From Scyliorhinus canicula (taxonomy: Eukaryota): a stretch of 64,000 nt of DNA. Below, one piece after another: positions 57,961-64,000 of this stretch. Numbering within the stretch: the first letter of the stretch is position 1; every line of letters starts with the position of its first letter. Under the pieces are notes generated by a model. The model did no database searches. It had not been told where the DNA came from and saw only the letters and a list, made by a program, of their open reading frames with translations. The DNA lies in NCBI RefSeq assembly GCF_902713615.1, contig NC_052171.1:8397209-8461208 (forward strand). Direction: 5' to 3'. A program made the position numbers and the translations under genes.

Positions 57961-58913
57961 ATGGATTTCTGGCACTGGGAAACCTGGAGGTTTCTTGGCA
58001 GGAGAATCCTTGGCTTTATCAATGGAAGTGTAGAGTACAAAATCATTGATAAACCTTTTAAAGTCTCTCGGCTTTTGTGTCCTGATTCGGTACACCGCAC
58101 ATTAAAGGGTATGTCAAGGCCTCGGATGTGGTGGGGGCGGGGGTTAACATCCTAGATAGACTGAGTTATAATCCGAGATAGATAATAATTCTTAATTCCA
58201 GAGCTAGGCTGGATTAGGATGGTGGAGTGTTGCACTAACAGCGCGGGCGACACATAAACTTTATTTCAGCCATTCCATTTCGAGCCATAACATTTAGAAG
58301 CACGGATAGAGGCCCTTCAGCCCATCGTGTCAGCGCCGGCTGTCAAGCACCTATCTACTCTAATGCTATTTTCCAGCTCTTGGGCCGTAGCCTTGTCTGC
58401 TACCGTGTTTCAAGTCCTCATCGAAATGCTTATTCAATAGTGTGGGGGTTCCCGCCCTCCCCTTTCAGGCCGCGAGTTCCAGATTCCCACCACCCTCCGG
58501 GTGAAAAAGCTTTTTCTACACTTTGCTTCGGGCTCAGAGGAACCCGCTGTGCCACAAGACCTCCGAGGCTCCCCCTGCGGCCTACAATTCACCGGGAAAC
58601 TGGCCTCACAGCAGTCCCGGTGAATGCTGTCCCAGCTCTCTCTCATCCCATGTCCCATGAAGAAAGGCCATTTCCTGTCTGTTCTGCACCGAGATAACTA
58701 TTATCCCAGCGCACTGCCCCCATGAATATAATCCTATGTCACTGCCTTGCTGGGGTGTTCCTAGGGGCAGGTTTTTAGGACCACTGCTGTAACATTTTTA
58801 CCCATTCATTTCAACTCTCTTTTGTTTTTGAACGGAACCCTCCCAACCTCATCAGAAGCTGAGAGAGAAGGAAAAGGGAGGGTTTAAAACTTGATAGCGT
58901 TTGAAACCTTTTG

Positions 58914-59148
58914 TGAGTCAACCCAGCACGAACATGCCTGAGCAACAAAAATCCTCCAGTCACAGGTGGGAATGCACTGACAGTCTTATCCAACAGTGTC
59001 ACATTGTTTTCCTGGGACTTGAAAGTCATGAAAGGAGGGAAAGATGAAGTATTTTTATGACATTTCCAACGTGGGGCAGGAAGGTAATTAATCACCTTTC
59101 AATCAAACGGAGCAGTATCAAACCTCCAGGGCAGCTTTGATCTTTGAT
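58914..59148. promoter_or_regulatory. Candidate upstream enhancer with tandem TCF/LEF, AP-1 and p63 half-site motifs
   Basis: CTTTGAT-CTTTGAT 59135-59148, TGAGTCA 58914-58920, GAACATGCCT 58930-58939, in a non-repetitive island. Confidence 0.35.
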
Positions 59149-59653
59149 TTAAGGAGACAGTTATTTCAGGAGATGAAAGTGAGACGCGTGGTGAAGGTGT
59201 TCTGCCTTCAGAAGGCGAGCGTTTCACTCATCTCGTGGCAGTCAGAATCAACCTGGAAAATCCAGAGTGCAGCACGATCTTCACTCTGACCATCTTAGTT
59301 GAACAAACCTCCCTTTCCGACGAGAGGGGTCTTTGTTTGCCAGGTTTTGCTCGGTGGATCCCCTCTCCAGGCTACCCTCCAGCATTTGACTCGAGTAATT
59401 CCAGCTGGAAGATTATCAGAAGGTTATTGAAGGCAGTGCATTACCCCCGGCGGGCTCGCCCCTATTAGGGGCTGGTTTAGCACACTGGGCTAAATCGCTG
59501 GCTTTTAAAGCAGAACAAAGCAGGCCAGCAGCATGGTTCAATTCCCCTACCGGCCTCCCCGGACAGGCGCCGGAATGTGGCGACTGGGGGCTTTTCACAG
59601 TAACTTCATTGAAGCCTACTCGTGACCAGAAGCGATTTTCATGTCGTTTCATT

Positions 59654-59983
59654 AGCAGCACGGTAGCATCGTGGTTAGCACAGTTGTTTCACAGCTCCAG
59701 GGTCCCAGGTTCGATTCCCGGCACTGTCTGTGCGGAGTCTGTACCTTCCCCCCCGTGTGTGCGTGGGTTTCCTCCGGGTGCTCCGGTTTCCTCCCACAGT
59801 CCAAAGATGTGCGGGTTAGGTGGATTGGCCATGTTAAATTGCCCTTAATATCCAAAAAGGTTGGGTGGGTTACGGGGATAGAGTGATGGTGTGGGCTTAG
59901 ATAAGATGCTCTTTCCAAGGGCTGGTGCAGACTCGATGGGCTGAATGGCCTCCTTCTGCACTATAAATTCTATGATTCTATGT
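59654..59983 (+). mobile_element. HE1-type SINE directly after a short tRNA-head SINE
   Basis: Head, core and ctatgattctatg tail. Confidence 0.88.
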
Positions 59984-60039
59984 CTCTGGACATCCTGGGG
60001 GGTTACCACTGATCAGAAACTGACCCTATAATAGCTATG

Positions 60040-60610
60040 GTTTCAAGAGCAGGTCAGAGACTGGAGATTTGCAGTGATTAACTTTGCTCCTGACTGCTGA
60101 AAAGCCTGTCCACGATCTACAAACCACAAGTCAGGAGTGTGATGGAATACTCTCCACTTGCCTGGATGAGTGCGGCTCCCAACAAAACTCAAGAAGCTCC
60201 ACGCCATCCAGGACAAAGCAGCCCCGCTTGATCGGCACCCCATCCACAAACATTCACTCCCTCCCCCACCGACGCACAGTGGCAGCCGTGTGTACCATCT
60301 ACAAGATGCACTGCAGCAACGCACCAAGGCTCCTTAGGCAGCACCTTTAAAACCCACGGCCTCTACCATCTAGAAGGACAAGGGCAGCAGATACCTGGGA
60401 ACCCCACCACCTGGAGGTTCCCCTCCAAGTCACTCACCACCGCGACTTGGAAATATATCGGCCGTTCCTTCACTGTCACTGGGTCAAAATGCTGGCACTC
60501 CCTCCCTAACAGCACTGTGGGTGTCCCAGACGGACTGTTCAAGAAGATGGCTCACCATCACTTTCTCAAAGGCAGTTAGGAATGGGTAAAAACTGCTGGC
60601 CTGGCAAATC
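60040..60610 (+). mobile_element. 3' fragment of the second LINE family
   Basis: gtcaggagtgtgatggaatactctccacttgcctggatgag segment and YTIYKMHCSNAPRLLRQHL. Confidence 0.75.
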
Positions 60611-60779
60611 CAGGTAAATGCCCACTCACCTGGAAGGAGCGTTTGGGGCCTTGGAAATCGCCTTTGATTTTTAAAATCACATTCTTGGAAAGAATGAACA
60701 AAGAACAGGAATATTGAATCATCCACTTTCTCCCCAATCCAGGAACCCGGTCAGAACCATTGTGTTGTACGGAAAGCCA

Positions 60780-62560
60780 AAGTAAAACCAGAAAGTGGTC
60801 AGCAGATCTTGTATGCCAGAGAGAGAAGCGAAGTTAACATTTCCGCTCGGTGATCTGTCGGCAGAAGTGGAAATGGTTAAAGCAGGTTCAGAGACAAGAG
60901 ATGGGGGGAGACAGCGGGGGGGGGGGGGGGGGGGGGAGGGGGGGGGGGGGTTGGCATTGCCAAACTTGCTTCATTATTATTGGGCGGTGGTGGTGGGAAG
61001 GAGAAGGGGTAGAGTGGGTTAGGATGGAGGAGGAATTTTGTAAGGTGTCTAGTTTGAGGGCTATGGTGATGGCAGCATTGCCAATGGCTCCGAGTAGGTA
61101 TTCAGGGAGCCCAGTGGAGCAGTCCACGGTGAAGGTATGGAATCAGCTGAGGAGGCATTTTAGGGTGGAAGGGATGTCGGTGCTAACGCCGCTGAGAATC
61201 ATGGGTTTGAGCCGGGTGGGGGGATGGATAGTGTATACAGGAGGTGGAGGGAAGTGGGGCTGGTCAAGGTGAGGGATTTGTATTTGGAGGAAGGGTTCAC
61301 CAGTCTGGAGGAGCTCAGGTAGAGGGTAGAGCTGCCGAGAGGCAGTGAGTTCAGGTATCTACAGGTTAGGGACTTTGTACGAAAGGTCTGGAAGGGGTTC
61401 CCTGGATTGCCGGGATACACCCTGCTGGAGCGACTGCTGCTTCCTGATGTTGAAGGGGAGGGAAGAATTAGGGATATGTACAAGTGGCCGGGGGAGCAGG
61501 GAGGCGAGCGGGTGGTGAAGATCAAGGAGAAATGGGAAGTGGAGTTGGGAATGGAGATCAATTGGGGAGTATGGAGTACGGACTGTGTAGGGTAAACAGG
61601 ACCTATTCACGTGCAAGAATGAGCCTGATCTAGTTTAAGGTGGTGCACAGGGTGCATCTGACTCAGGCGAGAATGAGTGGGTTCTTTCAGAGGGTAGCAG
61701 ATGAGTGGGAGAGGTGTGGGCGGGGGGCAGCGAATCACGCGCACATGTTTTGGGGTTAAAAATTGGGAAGATTCTGGGCGGAAGTGTTTGCGGTCTTAGC
61801 CAGGATAGTGGAGGAGGGAGTGGACCCGGACCCTTTGGTGGCGATATTTGGGGTTTCAGAGAAGCCGGAGCTCATGGAGAGGAGGAAGGCCGATGCCGTG
61901 GCCTTCGCCTCTCTGATTGCACGGCGATGAATGTTGCTGGAGTGGCGGTCGGCATCGTCACCGGGGAGTAGTAACATGGTTGGGTGGCCTGTATGACTTC
62001 CTGCGGTTAGAGAAGATAAAGTATGAGTTAAGGGGCTCAGCAGGGGAATTTGAGGAAAGGTGGGGGATGTTTATGACCGTGTTTGATGAGCGGGGGGGGG
62101 TGAAAAAGGGGAAAAATCTGTACAGACTGGATAGTTGATAGTTGGGAAGTATGTTGCCGGGGGTGTTTATTCGCTGTAACCTGTTTTGATACATGCTTGT
62201 AATAAAACACATTTAAAAAAAAGAGATGGGGAGGAAAGAACAAGGCAAGGCTTCTCATAGGGTGGTAGGCAGGAGTGAATCACTGACGGAAGGGCTGATG
62301 ATCTAAGACAAAAGGAGGCGCTAATGGGACAAGAAAGAAACCAAAAAAATGGTTGTCAAGGAAGTGTAACTGGAAAGCCACTGGCCAATGACAAAAATGG
62401 GCAGATGTCACGCTCTGAAATTGCTGCCCCAGTGTTGAGCTTGGAAGGTTGCAAAGTGCCGAAACGAAAGCGGTTCCTCAAAATTGCATTGACCCTCGTT
62501 GGGACAGATTAGGACTTTGAAAACCACAAGGTCAGGTGTGGGATGGGGGCGGAGGATTAA
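60780..62560. mobile_element. Decayed Penelope-like remnant split by the L1 insertion
   Basis: Degenerate pLTR-like segment (- strand ttctgccgacagatcaccgagcggaaatgttaact) at about 60780-60870; flanks rejoin across the L1 TSD. Confidence 0.45.
60907..62220 (+). mobile_element. 5'-truncated L1 3' portion with A-tail and TSD
   Basis: ORF2 C-terminal remnants, AATAAA plus A-run at 62201-62220, TSD AAGAGATGGGG at 60896-60906 and 62221-62231. Confidence 0.85.
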
Positions 62561-63065
62561 ATTTAAAGAATGTCAGGCGCTCGGTCTGGACTGAAGGCAG
62601 CGGTAGTATTTTAGAAATCTCTGGACAGCTCCCTCAAAGGAAAAAGCAGACAACCACACAAAATGACCTCAGCCTGTCCTTTTCAAAGGGTGAGAGGGTT
62701 CACTGAACTATCTGTCACACCATCCGATGAATGGGAAGACCATTTCGCCTTGCCTGCCGTGATTGGCCCACATTCTCAATCTATCCTCATACTTGCATGG
62801 TCTCGCTGCTGGTTTGTACATGTGAAAGCATTAGCTGAATGGATTTAATTGGTTTGTCAATACGGCCCCAACCTTATGCCAAGATTTACAGGACACCACA
62901 CCTATGGAGACTATGAATCTCTTCTGGAGTTATTTTTGGCACTGAAGGTCTGTTGTTTTAGTTCCACCTATGCTGGCCACGTCTTGTCATACATTCTTCA
63001 ATGTAAATGCTTCATATTAATGTTATGTGCTTGTCAAAGTAAGGGACTCCTGTTAAGGAGTGTAA

Positions 63066-64000
63066 CACTCCCAGGACAGGTACAGCATGGGGTTAGATAC
63101 AGAGTAAAGCTCCCTCTACACTGACCCCATCAAACACTCCCAGGCCAGGTACAGCACGGGGTTAGATACAGAGTAAAGCTCCCTCTGCACTGTCCCCATC
63201 AAACACCCACAGGACAGGTACAGCATGCGTTAGATACAGAGTAAAGCTCCCTCTACACTGTCCCCATCAAACACCCCCAGGCCAGGTGTAGCACGGGGTT
63301 AGATACAGAGTAAAGCTCCCTCTACACTGTCCCTATCAAACACTCCCAGGACAGGTACAGCACGGGGTTGGATACAGAGTAAAGCTCCCTCTACACTGTT
63401 CCCATCAAACACTCCCAGGACAGGTACAGCACGGGGTTAGATACAGAGTAAAGCTCCCTCTACGCTTTCCCTATCAAACACTCCCAGGACAGGTACAGCA
63501 AGGGGTTAGATACAGAGTAAAGCTCCCTCAACACTGCCCCATCAAACACTCCCAGGACAGGTACAGCACGGGGTTAGATACAGAGTAAAGCTCCCTCAAC
63601 ACTGCCCCATCAAACACTCCCAGGACAGGTACAGCACGGGATTAGATACAGAGTAAAGCTCCCTCTACACTGTCCCCATCAAACACTCCCAGGACAGGTA
63701 CAGCACGGGGTTAGATACAGAGTAAGGCTCCCTCTGCACTGTCCCCATCAAACACTCCCAGGACAGGTACAGCACGGGGTTAGATACAGAGTAAAGCTCC
63801 CTCTACACTGTCCCCATCAAACACTCCCAGGACAGGTACAGCACGGGATTAGATACAGAGTAAGGCTCCCTCTGCACTGTCCCCATCAAACACTCCCAGG
63901 ACAGGTGCAGCACGGGGTTAGATACAGAGTAAAGCTCCCTCTACACTGTACCCATCAAACACTCTCAGGACAGGTACAGCACGGGGTTAGATACAGAGTA
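63066..64000 (+). repeat. Same 69-bp satellite in opposite orientation, about 13.5 units, running off the window
   Basis: Reverse complement of the 45833-46765 unit. Confidence 0.97.

Overview
Vertebrate genomic DNA. The repeat landscape (HE1/V-SINE-type tRNA SINEs, CR1/HER1-type LINEs, L1, Penelope remnants, a 69-bp satellite) points to a shark, possibly a catshark; that assignment is inference. Two host genes converge tail to tail. On the + strand are the last two coding exons of DNA polymerase beta (polb; 333-472 and 22580-22674), separated by a 22.1-kb repeat-filled intron. On the - strand is a complete four-exon Dickkopf gene (ATG 49806, stop 27039, 229 aa, 10+10 cysteines, all introns GT-AG and phase-consistent), called dkk4 from sequence motifs and POLB-DKK4 synteny. 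Most of the rest is transposon-derived: about 30 SINEs of several head/tail combinations, CR1, L1 and CR1/L2-group LINE pieces, two solo LTRs, a decayed gag-protease, Penelope ends, and non-autonomous DNA transposons of three superfamilies (MULE-like with 9-bp TSD, hAT with 8-bp TSD, two PIF/Harbinger-like with 3-bp TSD). No novel protein-coding system or CRISPR-like array is supported. The best leads are three TCF/LEF motif clusters around dkk4 (candidate Wnt-feedback enhancers), a Ricksha-like MULE carrying an internal hairpin with ~79-bp arms, a 52-bp minisatellite born inside a SINE, and two inverted 69-bp satellite arrays bracketing the dkk4 promoter and exon 1. All alignments and counts were done by eye; repeat boundaries are approximate unless a TSD is quoted.
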